This document shows positions 1-13,354 of a DNA stretch of 64,000 bases, one piece after another. A program made the position numbers and the translations under genes. The notes under the pieces were generated by a model. That model worked only from the letters and a program-made list of their open reading frames with translations. It ran no database searches and was not told the DNA's origin. Within the stretch, counting starts at the first letter, position 1. Every line of letters begins with the position of its first letter. This DNA is from Podarcis liolepis (Eukaryota): assembly GCA_965112155.1 (NCBI GenBank), contig OZ218105.1. One strand, given 5' to 3'.

Positions 1-152
1 TATAGAAAGTAGTTGAATTTTCTTTTCCTTTCTAGCAGGATTGCTCTGTCTTTGTGATGTGCTGCTTGTCCAACTTGCACAGCAATGATTAAACAGTTGC
101 TCCTTAGGAAACACATGCGTGGATCTTTTCTCTTATCAGTCTGGCTGCCACA

Positions 153-194
153 CTGGCCAACAGTGACACCCTGAGGCTCAGATGGAGAACTACA
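153..194 (-). promoter_or_regulatory. Pcdh promoter conserved sequence element (CSE / CTCF site) of a variable exon lying left of the window
   Basis: Minus strand TGTAGTTCTCCATCTGAGCCTCAGGGTGTCACTGTTGGCCAG aligns with the motif 170-280 bp upstream of every variable-exon ATG in the window; CACT replaces CGCT. Confidence 0.8.
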
Positions 195-1074
195 ATGGAT
201 TTTTCTCATTTAGTTGAAAATAGAACAGCAGTTTGGGTATTATATTTTGGAATGTGAAGGAGAAACATCCCAATGCTAAGAGGTGTTCAGCAATGGAGCT
301 GCTTTGCTGCAGTTATTCAAGCAGAGTCTGGACAGTCATATATTGGGGATTCTCTCTTTCCTGCAGGACTTGGCATTGGGGTGGGAATCTCCTCTGATAG
401 GATTCTGTGTTTCTCCAAGTGCAACTTTCCTTGTATAAAAGGATCTGCTTCCACAATTTATGCTCCAACATTTCTTTTTTCCTTTCTATTTTTGAATTAC
501 CTCTTCAGCGGCTTTTACTTTAAGGGGTTTTACTACAGTGACTGTTGCACTGTTTTGTCTGGATATAATTTGTACTAAAAGAGAAACTTGACTAAGCTTC
601 ATAGAATGAATGGAAACTAGAACTACGGCACTGATATCCCAGCACTGATATACCATTGATCTTATTTTGCATTTCCCTGATAGAAACATGGGCAATTGTT
701 ACTGATATCTGTGATTTCTGCTTTGATGCCAAAGATATAATCTCAAAATGTAACAGATAATTTTACCCAATCACAGATCTCTTGCTTTTTTCAGTTTTAT
801 TAGAAGGGATTCCCCCCCCCCCCAATAAATCAGAATAAACCAATGAGTTGACAATGATCTCAGCTGTCCTATAGAACACAAACATAAACCAAAGTGTGTC
901 AAACGAAAACAAAACAAACACAGATAGGGTTTTTTAGTGTTTGATTAGAAACCAGAGCTTTTGCTCTCCTATTCTTGTTAGTTTCTTCCTTCCTCCTAAA
1001 AAACAACAACATTGGCTTTGAGAAAGAAAAGGTGTTAGCAGGTGACAATAGTTTTGTTGGCCATCATTCAGCTG

Positions 1075-1580
1075 AACACTAAGCCTAGGCACTAGTCCAG
1101 GGCTTGCACAACCGCTTCTGATTTAGAAGTTACAGAGAAGTAGAGCTCAGCATCATCAGCATGCTGATGACACCTTGCCCCAAATTGCTCAATGACTATC
1201 TCCAGAGGCTTCATATATAGATGTTAAACAGCACTGAAGACAAAATGGTACCCTGTGGCACCCACCAGCACAACTGCCAGCGGGCTCAAAGACAATCACC
1301 CAAGGTTGTTTTCAGAAACCAACTCTGGAAATAGAACCAGAACCATTGTTAAACAGTGTCTCCAGTACCCATCCCATTAAGTCAGTTCAGAAAGATATAA
1401 AGGTAATTGTGTCAAAAGCCACTGAGAAAGAAATCAGGTAAGGTTAACAGGATTATACTTCCCCTGTACTTCTCCTAGTAAAGATCACCCATCAGTGACA
1501 AAGGTCAATTCAGACCCATAACCGAGGCCTGAAAGCAGATTGAAATGGGCCAAGATAATCTGTTTTGTTCAAGAGTACTT
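1075..1580 (-). mobile_element. Degenerate L2-clade LINE reverse transcriptase fragment
   Basis: Minus-strand translation gives FQSAFRP, SVAFDTI, VPQGTILSSVLFNIYMKPL and IEQFGARCHQHADDAELY (YADD box decayed to HADD); frame is disrupted. Confidence 0.75.
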
Positions 1581-2291
1581 GTATCGTCACTTCTGACATT
1601 GTGGTCTGACATTGTGGCTCCTTGTGATATTCAAGTCAACTAGCAGTTACAACGTTATCCTAAAGCAAATCTTTGAAAGACAGGTATGTATCCCTCAGTC
1701 AGCATTCCTTCTCCCCTTTCCCTACTCCATCCCAACACCAGAGCACATTAGTTTCCCCCCACCTATATTTTATGAATAAGAACAAATCAGTGTGCCTTCT
1801 TGACATATCAATTCCAGGATTTAATGATCCCCCGTGGCATTATTTCATGGGCAATATTAGATTCACTTACTGTGTGCTACAAAGGTTTCCCCTTCTCAAA
1901 CACTAGTTACCATGGGTGGTATCCAGTGTTCTAGACCCAAGTAGAGCTAAATAGTATCTACATTATACAATTCCACATATTATACAAAATCTATATGCTA
2001 CACCATGTTAAACAGAGAATTGTGTAGATCCTATGGGAAGCAAATTTGCTATAAAGGACATATCAAGAATTGCACCTATTGCACAACTATTTCGGAAGAA
2101 ATAATACTGAACTAATCCCTGGATTTGTACCCCAAAATGTGTAAATAGTGGGGATAATAATTGATTCATCAAAGATAGATCTATCAGTCCCAACTTTCTT
2201 TGGTTTTTGTCTTTATCTGTTTGTCTTTATCTGTGATTGAGTCCCCTGAACTTCAAAAAGCATGTCACATTTAAACCAGCTGTAGAAATTA

Positions 2292-2507
2292 CAGTGGTAC
2301 CTCAGGTTACATACGCTTCAGGTTACAGACTCCGCTAACCCAGAAATATTAAGAACTTTGCTTCAGGATGAGAACAGAAATCATGCAGCGGTGGCACAGC
2401 GGCAGCGGGAGGCCCCATTAGCTAAAGTGGTGCTTCAGGTTAAGAACAGTTTCAGGTTAGGAACAGACCTCCGGAATGAATTATGTTCTTAACCTGAGGT
2501 ACCACTG
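2292..2507. mobile_element. Tc1/mariner-type MITE
   Basis: 18-bp TIRs CAGTGGTACCTCAGGTTA / TAACCTGAGGTACCACTG, flanked by TA on both sides; no ORF. Confidence 0.9.
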
Positions 2508-2871
2508 TATAAGGCACAAAAGAAGACATTAGTTGGAAAAGGGAATAATTACACTTATTTGACTGACTGGATTTTAATCTATAGTCCAATGCTTTAGATT
2601 ATTAATCTTGTAAGATTAATTTTGTTGTACTGATATATTTTATGTTTAAGATTATTTTAATTTCCTTATTGTTTTGTATCATTTCCTATGTCAACTTGGG
2701 GTATGTGGATTTTATATGGAAGTGCTAATTCACTTTGCCTTTCCTTATATTAAAAGTTTCCTTTCATTACTCTCAATACATTGCTATGGTCTGTGACTAT
2801 CACAATGCATTCATTCATGACAGGCCGAGGCGTGAGCTTTGGGCTAGTGATGTTCCAGTTCAAAAAGCAGA

Positions 2872-3030
2872 AAGGTCATAGCTCAGTGGTAGAGCATCTG
2901 CTTTTCCTTCAAAAGGTTCAAAGTTCAATCCTCAGAATCCTGAGGTAGGAAAGCGAAGGTCTTCTGTCTGAAGACCTGGAGAGCTGTTGCTAGTTAGTGT
3001 GGACAGTACTGAGCTTGATGGACCAAGTGT
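2872..3030 (+). mobile_element. tRNA-derived SINE (Squam3-like), degenerate
   Basis: A-box-like TAGCTCAGTGGTAGAGCAT and B-box-like GTTCAATCC, then a CTGGAGAGCTG...ACTGAGCTTGATGGACCAA body recalled as typical of this squamate SINE. Confidence 0.7.
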
Positions 3031-3717
3031 GTCCGTAGTCTTGAGGGAACCCCTAGTTTTACAGAAGTACAAAAAAACAAGAGAAGGTTGTTCAGAAACT
3101 GATCAAAGACAGCAGAGCATGCTCAGTAGAAACACAATGCTCAATGCCTGTTGGAGGAGAAAAATATAAAACAGGGGAGGAGGAAGAATGGGATATTATG
3201 GAAAAAGCTGGCTGAAACCAGACCCCACTCCTTACTCTGTAACATTCAGAGCACAAAAATTCTTCAGTAAAGATCTCCAAAACCTCAGCTAAAAGTCTGA
3301 AGCAAGTCTGCAGATTTACAAATTGCACATACCTCGTCCCTTACATATGCCAAGAGACCCCACCATTTGCAGCATTGTGTTGGTTCTATGGGGACATTCA
3401 GCTGAATTCATGAAGATCAAGATTAGGGAAAGAGGGTAAAGTATATACAAATATTCAAAAGGGAATCAGAGGGAATGAAATGATTAATTAAACTATATTA
3501 CCTGTATATACAGAGATGAAAGAGTAAACTGATTATTACAACATACTTTTAAATATTAAATCTCAGTAAAAAAAAAATTGCACCAATTGTGTTGTAGCAG
3601 ATACTGCTCAAAATAAAACTCTCCAAGATGAGTGAGCTTAAAATATATTAGTACTCTATTCATATGCAGGGAATGCAGAATCTGTTCACCATGTACTGTT
3701 GAAAAAAAACAACTCAC

Positions 3718-6138
3718 CATATCAGCTCTACCCATCTCAGAAATTAGGATATTGCCTCCATTGGCAGTCAAAGGTGCATCAGACTGAGTGTTGCATGAAA
3801 TATTCTCTGCAGTTTGAAGATTGGGTGTTGGAAAGGTGAACTCCTGTACCCTGGACTCAGAAGATAAGCACAGCTGATAGGAATACGGCAATGTTCCTTC
3901 TTCATAGTTTGGTGGGAAAATGACTGTGTTGTTTGAATGGGGAACAGGAGCAAAACACTGCAGAAATTTGGGGTTCCCTGATCGCCGAATCTTCATGAGA
4001 ATGGCCAGAATTACTGTCAGGAGGAATAAGAAGGAGATCAAAGCTAAGGCCAGCACCAAGAAGAACTGCAGATCCGATTGATACTCGGAGTCATTGGGCT
4101 GGTGGCTAATTTCCGGAAGTGCCTCCTGGAAGTTCTCAGCAAACACCAGGTTGAGACTCACAGTAGCAGATAGTGGCGGCTGCCCATTATCCTTGACTAA
4201 GATGATGAGCTTCTGCTTCACAGCATCTCTTTCCAGAAAAGCCCGTGAGGTCCTGATCTCCCCAGTATGGGAACCAATTGAGAACAGCCCAGGTTCTGTT
4301 GCCTGGAGCAGATAGTAGGAGAGCCAAGCGTTGTGTCCAGAGTCAGCATCCACAGCCACCACCTTGGTCACCAGATAACCCTCCTCTGCTGAGCGAGGCA
4401 CCATCTCAAACAAGGAGGAGCCCTCTACTCCTTGAGAAGGGTAAAGAATCTGAGGGCTTTGGTCATTCTGGTCCAGAATACACACTCTCACGGTGGCATT
4501 GCTGCTGAGGCGGGGGGAGCCTCCATCTTCGGCCCTCACCTCCACTTGAAACTCCCTGACTTGCTCATAGTCAAAGGAGCGCTGAGCATAGATAGTGCCA
4601 GTCTCAGAATTAATGGAGAGGAAGGATGAGAGAGGCAGCCCCTCAGTGATGCTGTTGTGAATGGAGTAGGTGATTTGAGCATTCTGGTCCACATCTGGGT
4701 CGGAGGCTTTGACCCTGAAAATGGAGGAGCCTGAAGGATTGTTCTCTGGGACATAGGCAGTATAATAGGGTTTCTCAAAGGCAGGACAGTTGTCATTGAT
4801 GTCAGAGATCTGCAGTGTGATGGTTTTGTATGTGGAAAGAGGGGGGTTGCCTTTGTCTGTGGCTGTGACTGTGATATTGTACTCTGGAGTTCTTTCTCTG
4901 TCCAAGGGAGAATCTGTAAGAAGCTTATAATAATTATTGGAGGCTGATACCATTTTGAATGGCAAAGTGTGTTGTATGTCACAAGTAATCTTCCCATTAT
5001 CTCCAGAGTCTCTATCATTTACATTGATAAGGGCTACCAGGGTTCCTACTGCAGAGTCTTCAGGGATGGGGCTGGATAAAGAGGCCAGAATCACTTCTGG
5101 CGCATTGTCATTCTCATCTAGGAGTGTTATTTCAACTTTACAGTGAGCCGCTAATCCACCTCCATCTCTTGCTTCCACTGCCATTACATATCCTTCTGTT
5201 TCCTCAAAGTCTAGAGCCACCTTAAGTGTTATTGTCCCTTCTTGTGGATCCAAGTGGAACTTTTGACGAGCACTTTCAGGGATGTTACTAAAATTATAGT
5301 TGATCTGAGCATAAGAACCGTCATCACTATCTGTGGCTTTCACCTGGACCACTGATGACCCTTTGGGGGCATTTTCTTTCAGCTTGACCGCGTATACTTT
5401 TTGTGTGAAGACTGGTGGGTTGTCATTTGCATCAATGACGGTGATCCATATTTTGGCTGTTCCAGTTTTGGCAGGCTTCCCTCCATCCAGCGCCGTAAGG
5501 ATTAATTGGAAACTGCTTTCACTTTCCCGATCCAACTGTTTATTCAACACTAATTCTGCATATTTCTTTCCATCTTCTATTTCTCTCACTTCCAGAATAA
5601 AATACTGATTTGTGCTAAGGTGGTAATTCTGGAGAGAATTCACCCCAAGATCAGGATCTTCAGCTTGTCCAAGGAGAAATGTGGTGCCTTTTAAAGAGGA
5701 TTCACTTATCTCCAGCTTGATATCCCCATTTACAAAATATGGTGCATTATCATTAATGTCTTGGATCTCTACAGTTATATGAAAAATATTCATAGGACCC
5801 TCAACCACCACTTCAAAATTGATGGAGCAGATTGCAGTTTGCCCACATAATTCCTCTCTATCAATCCTGTCTCTTACATACAGATTCCCATTTTCTGCAC
5901 TGAGAGTGAAATATTGCTTTTTACCAAGGGAAAGGATATGCAGATTGTAATTTCCTATTTCTCCATTATTCAGCCTCAGGTCTTTGGCTAGGTTTCCTAC
6001 AATGGAGCCCTTTTCCATTTCCTCGGGGATGGAATAATGTATGTGCTCTGAGGCAACCTGACCACACAGAGAGAATAATAGGAGGAGAGGTACTTGCCTT
6101 CTTAGGCATCTGCTGTCTTCCTTCTGCCTATCTTCCAT
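3718..6138 (-). CDS. PCDHGB: Protocadherin gamma B-like variable exon (807 codons, spliced to constant exons outside the window)
   Basis: ORF 3556..6138 with 6 cadherin repeats (PE, DRE, DxNDN, AxDxG), EC1 C-X5-C, TM and the gammaB-type tail [16 protein letters not shown]; phase-0 donor ATG|GTGAGT at 3718/3717. Subfamily only, orthology not assignable. Confidence 0.93.
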
Positions 6139-6416
6139 CCCTCTTGCAGTGATATGTGCTTTATCCTTGTTTTCTGTAATCAGTTAAGCTGATGAGGCGT
6201 TTCACATTCCCATTAGGATTCAGAAGTGCTCAATAAAGGATGATAAGGAAGGCTACTGGTTGCTGCCGAATTTCTGTATTTTGCAGAGGTTTTCGTTTCT
6301 CAGCAAAACACTGTGGAAGTCCCTGTGTTCTGCTGTTTCCCAGCTCTGTGTGACTGAACAATCACATTGCAGAAGCAGCAAATCACTGGATTTTCAGCTC
6401 CACTGTGAGAACTATG

Positions 6417-6458
6417 TTGGTCAACAGCGGCACTCTGAGTCTCAGATGAGGAACTGCA
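6417..6458 (-). promoter_or_regulatory. Pcdh promoter CSE / CTCF site with canonical CGCT box
   Basis: Minus strand TGCAGTTCCTCATCTGAGACTCAGAGTGCCGCTGTTGACCAA, ~280 bp upstream of ATG 6138. Confidence 0.85.
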
Positions 6459-6860
6459 AGAGGTGTCTTATGTCTTCAGCAAATGACATATAAGGGATTT
6501 CTTGCCGCTTTCTTGTATATGTGGGTGGCAAGTAAAACACATAATGTCTTTTGTGTTTTTGCAAAAGCAACAACCCAGAATGTATTTTTTATATTTTGTC
6601 ATTACAACCCACAGTAACTCAAATTCTTTAGAGTATCAATAACATAGAGGAGAAGTCATCACATCTCCATCTACCTGCTTATTGTGAAAAACTTGAGATA
6701 ATGTTACAAAAGGCTTCCAGGACTTCTAACAACTGTTTTCATTTAAATAAATATAATGTCTTCAATAAAGCTTCCTTGAGTATGGCAGAGGTATGCATTT
6801 TAAATACTTGCGATATGATTCTACTGTAGAATAAGAATATTAATATTTCAGTTTTGTATA

Positions 6861-7321
6861 CAGGCTCCCCCCCCCCGCCATTTACGTAATATCGACCTGC
6901 ACTCAACCATGTATATGTGTGGTTTTGGGAAACAATTAAATAATTCAATTCAAACCTGGAAATGCCAGAAGAGAGCTGAAGTGTCCACGTGGCTTGCAAG
7001 AAAACCCTCCCTGGAGCCCAAAGAGGACGGCAATGAGGGCAGAGGAAGCCCAGAAGAGACTAGAGGCACAGAGAGGCTTTGTTTAGGCTGCTCAGCTTCC
7101 TTGCCTAACAGCTGATGTGTGGGGTAGCGCAGCAGCAGCCGCTTTCCCGTGCATCCTGCAGCCTCCTGCCAGCCCCATAACTTCAATTCTAGTTGTGGAT
7201 ACTTTTGGATACAGTAGAGCACCAAAGAGGGTGTTTGGAGGGGGGGGGCACTTTACGCAATTTCAGTTATGCCTGCAGGGGCCAAGAACATAACCCCTGT
7301 GTAAGTGGAGGGAGACACCTG
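6861..7321. mobile_element. Old non-autonomous Tc1/mariner (Tigger-like) element
   Basis: TA|CAGGCTCCCC...TTACG at left and GTAAGTGGAGGGAGACACCTG|TA at right: imperfect TIRs with TA flanks. Confidence 0.55.
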
Positions 7322-8237
7322 TACTTTTCAGAACTATTCCAGATGTTACACAGCATGAATCTTTGATTTGCTACAGATGTATGTATGACATTGTTGATTT
7401 GCATGTAGAATATCTGTTTGACACACACTTACAGATATGTGTTTATTGACGGCTTCTTGCCAATGTTCCCCATATCTTTTTGTCAGTCAGTGACCTTTAG
7501 GGACTATGTACCTAGTTACTTTGGCATATGTATCTGCTTACTGCAACATTTATGAAGTGCTAGTGGTGAGTGAATTTAAGAAACCTGAGCTATGTTATTC
7601 TGTCAACTTCTTACCATAAGTATTTAGGTAGACTTGCTAGACGCACATGGATTAGTAACGTATTTCCAGCTACTAAGAATGCTGCAGGTTTCTTGACCTG
7701 CAGTCCTTCAGTGAGAATGAGAATAAGGTCAGGCTTAGCCTAACAGATATATCTGCCCACCAGCCTGTCCATGAACATATAACTTGTCTTCCATCCTTAG
7801 CTCTTGTTCCTTTATCTGCAGCCCATCTAGGAGACCTTCTGCCTCTGGTCCTTGCTTGCTTGGTTTGGCTGAGATTTGACCAAATTATAATTTACCACTA
7901 TAGCCCTAACATGTGACATAATTATAATGGTGATTGTCTGGCACCATTTAATTTTGTTAACTAATATAAGCTTCACTCTACAAAAAGAAAAAGAAAAAAA
8001 GTTGTTGGTATGGCAAACTTGGCTACAAAATAATCTTAGATTAAAATCAACGACAAGTGTTGCACTTTCTGAGAGCAACCTAAAATAAAGAATATTCTAC
8101 AACCTCTTAATTGCCAATTGCTGAAAGGTATATAGCAGCTAGAGTAAGCTACATGTAAACAATTAATATTTCCATTATAGTTATGGTTAAAAATTATTGA
8201 AAATACAGCACAAATAATTTTTGAAAAGAAAATTTAC

Positions 8238-10658
8238 CTTGTCATTATTAACTTTGTCCAAATGCAAATTGCTTTCACTTCTCCCTGTGAAAGGAACATC
8301 AGATTTCTCACCACTAAGAATATTGTCTGCCATCTGAACATTGGGTGTCAGGAAGGCAAACTCATTCTTCCTGGACTCAGAAGACAGACACAGCTGGTAG
8401 GAATAGGGCAAAGTCCCATCTTCAAAGTTGGGTGGGAAGATGACACCATTCTTGGAATGGGGAACAGGACCAAAGCACTGTAGGAACCTGGGATGCCCTG
8501 ACTGACGGAGCTTCATTGTAACGGCCAGAATGACAGTCAAGAGGAACAAGAAGGAGATCACAGCTAAGGCCAGCACCAAGTAGAACTGCAGGTCAGACTG
8601 ATACTCCGAGCTGCTGGGTTGGCTCTTCATTTCCGGAAGGGCCTCCTGAAAGTTCTCAGCAAACACCAGGTTCAGAGTCATGGTGGCCGAGAGAGACGGC
8701 TGCCCATTATCCTTCACCAGAATGACCAGTCTCTGTTTCACGGCGTCTCTCTCCACAAAGGCCCTGGCCGTCCTGATCTCTCCAGTATGAGAACCAACCG
8801 TGAAGAGTGCCGGCTCAGTGGCCTGAGTCAGGTGGTAGGAGAGCCAGGCGTTGTGTCCAGAATCTGCATCCACGGCCACCACCTTGGTGACAAGATAATC
8901 TGCCTCGGCCGAACGAGGCACCATCTCAAACAAGGCTGAGCCCTTGGCCTCTTGTGAGGGGGACAGGATACGAGGGCTGTTATCATTCCTGTCAAGAACA
9001 AACACCCTGGCGGTCACATTGCTGCTGAGAGGGGGAGAACCCCCATCTTGGGCCTTCACTTGCAGCCGGAACTCTCTGAATTGTTCATAGTCAAAGGATC
9101 TCTGGGCATAGATGGTGCCAGTCTCTGAATTAATGGAGATATAGGAGGAGATGGGAAGCTCCTCGATGTTGCTGTTGAGGATGGAGTATGTGATCCGTGA
9201 GTTCTGGTCCATATCAGGATCAGAAGCTTTGATGGTGAAAATGGAGGCACCTGAAGGATTGTTTTCTGGCACATAGATGTTGTAGGATGGCTTCTGAAAG
9301 GTAGGGGCATTATCATTGATATCAGCAATCAAAAGTGTGATAGATTTATGTGAGGAGAGAGGGGGAGTGCCATTGTCAGAGGCTGTTACTGAGATATTGT
9401 ACTCTAGAGCTATTTCTCTGTCAAGTGGACTATCTGTCAGGAGCTTGTAGTAATTGTTAGATGAGGGAATAATTCTGAAGGGCAAATCATCCTGTAAATA
9501 GCAAGTGACCTTTCCATTATCTCCACTATCTTTGTCATTCAAATTGATCAGAGCTATTAAGGTACCAGGCAGAGAATCTTCAGAGACTGGGCTAAACAAG
9601 GAAACCAGGGTTACCTCGGGGTAGTTGTCATTCTCATCAATAACTCTTATTTCAACTTTACAATGTGTCTCTAACCCACCCCCATCTTTTGCTGCAACTG
9701 TCAAAGTGTATTCTTTGGTTTCCTCAAAATCCAGTAGCCCTATAAGTAGGATTGAGCCATTCAAAGGATCTAGACTGAATTTCTTGTTGGCATTCTGTGG
9801 TATATTGCTAAAATGATACCTGATTTGGGCATTTGAACCTTCATCTTTATCAGAAGCTGTAACCTGGAGCACAAGCGATCCAACTGCAACACTTTCCCTC
9901 AAACTGACCTTGTACACCTCTTGAGTGAAAACAGGTGGGTTGTCATTGGCATCTGTGACATTAATCCATATCTGGGCAGTCCCAGTTTTTCTAGGTTCAC
10001 CCCCATCCAACGCTGTGAGAATCAAGTGAAGGGTCTGTTCAGTCTCTCGATCTAGTGCTTTCTGCAGCACTAAATCTGCAAATTTATTTCCATCATGAGT
10101 CTCTTTAACATCCAGAGTAAAATACTGATTTGAGCTAAGGTGGTAATTCTGGAGAGAATTCATCCCAATGTCAGGATCTTCAGCTTTCCCAAGGAGAAAT
10201 CTGGTGCCTGGCAAAGTGGATTCCACAATCTCTAAGTTGATATTAATTTTCAAAAAATGTGGAGTATTGTCATTAATATCCTGAATTTCCACAGTTATAT
10301 GGAAAACATTTAAGGGATTTTCAATCACCACCTCAAAATTAACCAGGCAGAGTGGAGTTTTGTCACATATTTCCTCTCGATCTATTCTGTCATTTACATA
10401 GAGGTTTCCATTTTCTGCATTGATACTGAAATACTGCATTTTATTCACAGAGACAGCATGCAGATTGCGCCTTCCTAGATCTCTGGCATTCAGTCCCAAA
10501 TCCTTGGCGAGATTCCCCACAATTGAACCCTTTGCCATCTCCTCAGGAATGGAATAATGAATCTGTTCTGAGGCAGCCCAGCAGGAGAAAGGCAAAAATA
10601 AGAGAAGCAGTACTTGCCTTCTGAGTGCCTTGCCATCCTCTTTCTGCCTTCTGTCCAT
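8238..10658 (-). CDS. PCDHGB: Protocadherin gamma B-like variable exon (807 codons)
   Basis: ORF 8187..10658; 6 EC repeats, [18 protein letters not shown] tail; phase-0 donor AAG|GTAAAT at 8238/8237. Confidence 0.93.
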
Positions 10659-10889
10659 TCTGTTTTCTGATAAAATACTTTTTCAGCTTGTTTTGAACAG
10701 GTTTCTCAGCAGAACAAGAGACAAACCCATTAGATAGAATAATCTCGCTTTTTCTTAATGTATTTAAACCAGTAGTATTTTCAGCTTCTCAGCTAGACTG
10801 TCCTTCCTTTGTGCTCTGCTGTTTCCATTATCTGTGCAGTTGCTTTGAGGTATCACAGTATAGGAAGTATCTGTGGATCTGCATCTAGA

Positions 10890-10931
10890 TTGGCTAACAG
10901 TGACACTACGAGGTTTAGACAGAGAACTGCA
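10890..10931 (-). promoter_or_regulatory. Pcdh promoter CSE / CTCF site (CACT variant)
   Basis: Minus strand TGCAGTTCTCTGTCTAAACCTCGTAGTGTCACTGTTAGCCAA, ~230 bp upstream of ATG 10658. Confidence 0.8.
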
Positions 10932-11307
10932 TGAGACGCAGTCCCAGTTAATGTGAATAAATAGAGATTTTGATTTGGATTGCATACCAATATAAGCCAG
11001 TTTATTTTAAGTTAACTGAACAAGGCACCCCCTGAAGTGTGACCTAGTGGTTTTATTCAATATTAATTGTACAAGTGTAGAAATCTTTTGAAAATTGTTT
11101 TTGGAGTCTCTTAAACTTTGTATTTTTTCTTTCCTTTTTTAAAATACCAGTTTAATGGCGTCAGGCTGGGACAGTGTTTATAAATCTGTAAATTAAATAA
11201 ATAAAACAAATGAACATGCCTCCTAGCTCTACTGCAGCTTTCCCATGTCCTTGCAGGTGCCACACATGGCACAAAGAAGCTATTCTGTGGCATGTTGTGT
11301 TGTATGG

Positions 11308-11455
11308 ATCTGGGATAGCTCAGTTAGTAGAGCATAAGACTCTTAATCTTAGGGTCATGGGTTTGAGCCCCACGTTGGGCAAAAAATTCCTGCATTGCAG
11401 GGGGTTGGACTAGATGACCCTCATGGTCCCTTCCAACTCAACAATTATATGATTC
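11308..11455 (+). mobile_element. SINE with tRNA-Lys(CTT)-derived head and CR1-derived 3' tail
   Basis: TAGCTCAGTTAGTAGAGCATAAGACTCTTAATCTTAGGGTCATGGGTTTGAGCCCCACGTTGGGC is tRNA-Lys-like with a mutated T-loop, joined directly to the CR1-type end GGTTGGACTAGATGACC...GGTCCCTTCCAACTC. Confidence 0.85.
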
Positions 11456-13218
11456 ACAGAAGCCATGAGTGGTAAGACAATAACAAGTCTAGAAGATACG
11501 TTGGCTTCACACAACAAATCTTACTATGGCTTGCTTGTGCTGCACATAGTGCCCACAGGGGCGGGAGTAAGCCATGATTTAAAACAAACTATGGCTTAGC
11601 ATGATGTGCAAAGCAGCATATTATGTAGATATGTATATTTTAGGTCTGGATCAATGGGGCGCAAAACAGATGACTGCCTAGGGCAGTTTGCAATCTAAGA
11701 TATCTCCTCAACTATCTTCTGAACAGATGAAACAAATAGTACAAGATGTTTGTCACTTTAAAACCTGGCAACGTTGACCTGCGCACTCAGTATTGTATTA
11801 ACATTCCTATTGTTGTTGTGTGTTTTTAATTCACATGAAAAATATATAAGATAGGTGCCCATTCAACTAATGTTTTAGATGCAAATGATTGTGATTTCAG
11901 TCAAATGCACGCATGTGTATTTGTTGTCTTCCATGAAAGCAATGAATCCTGTGCCCAACCCTTGCATCAAAGTTTTCTGATGGACTACAAATGCAATAAA
12001 GATACTCAACAACTGAATAAAAGAATAAACAAGAACTGGAAGTGTAAATATGTTTCCATAGTGAAATATGAAGATGACACAATTTGATTTGAAATGAAGA
12101 TTAGAAATCACAGAATAGTGTGGTAAAATAAGGACGGTATTTTTTCCACTGTTTGTATGCAAGAAGTTTCCTGCTCATATGGAAGAAGTACATATCACTG
12201 TGGAGGGCGGTACATGTGGGCACTATGTGCAGCACTTCCATCAGACTCTATTCTACACAATGTCTCCCACCAACATTTCCTAGTTGTCTAAAGTAAAGTT
12301 TTGATACACATTGGCACTGTCTATAAAACTTCCAAAAACAAATTTGGAAACGCTTTCTCATCTTTACAGTCACATTTTTCTCTTAGAACATCTCTCCTCC
12401 ACCTAAGACAACAACAAAAATATAGTAAGGGGGGGGGAGGGCAAATCACATTACCCTGGTATCTCTCTAATTACAGAACTCTGATTTTATTCTGAAGATC
12501 TTTTGGTCTCACGGCACTGAATGCCGAAATGCATTGCATGATCAGATAATAATGCTTCATAGGGCTTATAGAGCACAGAGGTAAAGAAAGACGAAGCAAC
12601 TATTTTGTGAAAAGTTGTAAGATTTGAAGATAACAGCAGAGAAGCTGAACATGCCCCAGCATTGTTACTACTGCTACTGTTAATGCACAATTAGATGACG
12701 CAGGCGCCAACGAAAAGCAGCAGTCCCCCCGCCAAATATATTGTTATGAGTTTGTGGGTGCCAGACTCCCCTAAATTCCTGGAGCCAACACAGGTTAAAA
12801 TGTAAGACAGGTGAGCTTCCTTATGAAGTAATCACCTGGGAGATGAGCCATTAAGAAAGAACAAAGGAACAGCAATGGGCCATTAAGAAAGCAAAAGCTC
12901 TGGGCCAGACGGCAATTGGGTGGGCGCCTTCCCTCCCTCAACTCAGATTTAGAAGACAAGGCCAGAGTTTTACAGTAGAGTTTAGGATTGGAGTGGAATG
13001 AAACAAGGCAGGACTATTGCATGGGAGGCTGGTATGCATCTTCCCTATTCCATCTAGTTTTGATAGTCTTAAAAAAATTAAGAACCACCTCCTCAGTCAG
13101 TGTTCAAAATCTGGAAGGAAAGGGGGCCCTTAATTAATCACACGTCACCACTCCTTCACTCCCAGAAAAATTAGTCAGATAACACCCACACCCATAGAAC
13201 TAAAACAGTACTAACAGA

Positions 13219-13354
13219 ATATCTGAAGAAGTGTGTGCATGCACACAAAAGCTCATACTAATAACAAACTTAGTTGGTCTCTAAGGTGCTACTGGAAGGA
13301 TTTTTTTATTGTGTTTCGACTACGGTAGACCAACACGGCTACCTAACTGTAACT
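13219..13354 (+). mobile_element. Short Penelope-like element terminus (pLTR) with mutated hammerhead motif
   Basis: Same family as 32729..32947; flanked by the 12-bp direct repeat AGTACTAACAGA (13207-13218 / 13355-13366); hammerhead GAAA reads AAAA. Confidence 0.75.

Noticed and set aside
3556-3717. ORF extensions past the splice donors (here 53 aa; shorter in other exons) as true C-termini or single-exon beta-type genes
   Set aside because: Each exon has a phase-0 GT donor at the homologous position, and the extensions are unconserved intron read-through.
11308-11381. Possible functional tRNA-Lys(CTT) gene
   Set aside because: Broken acceptor stem, mutated T-loop (GGTTTGAG) and direct fusion to a CR1 tail indicate a SINE.
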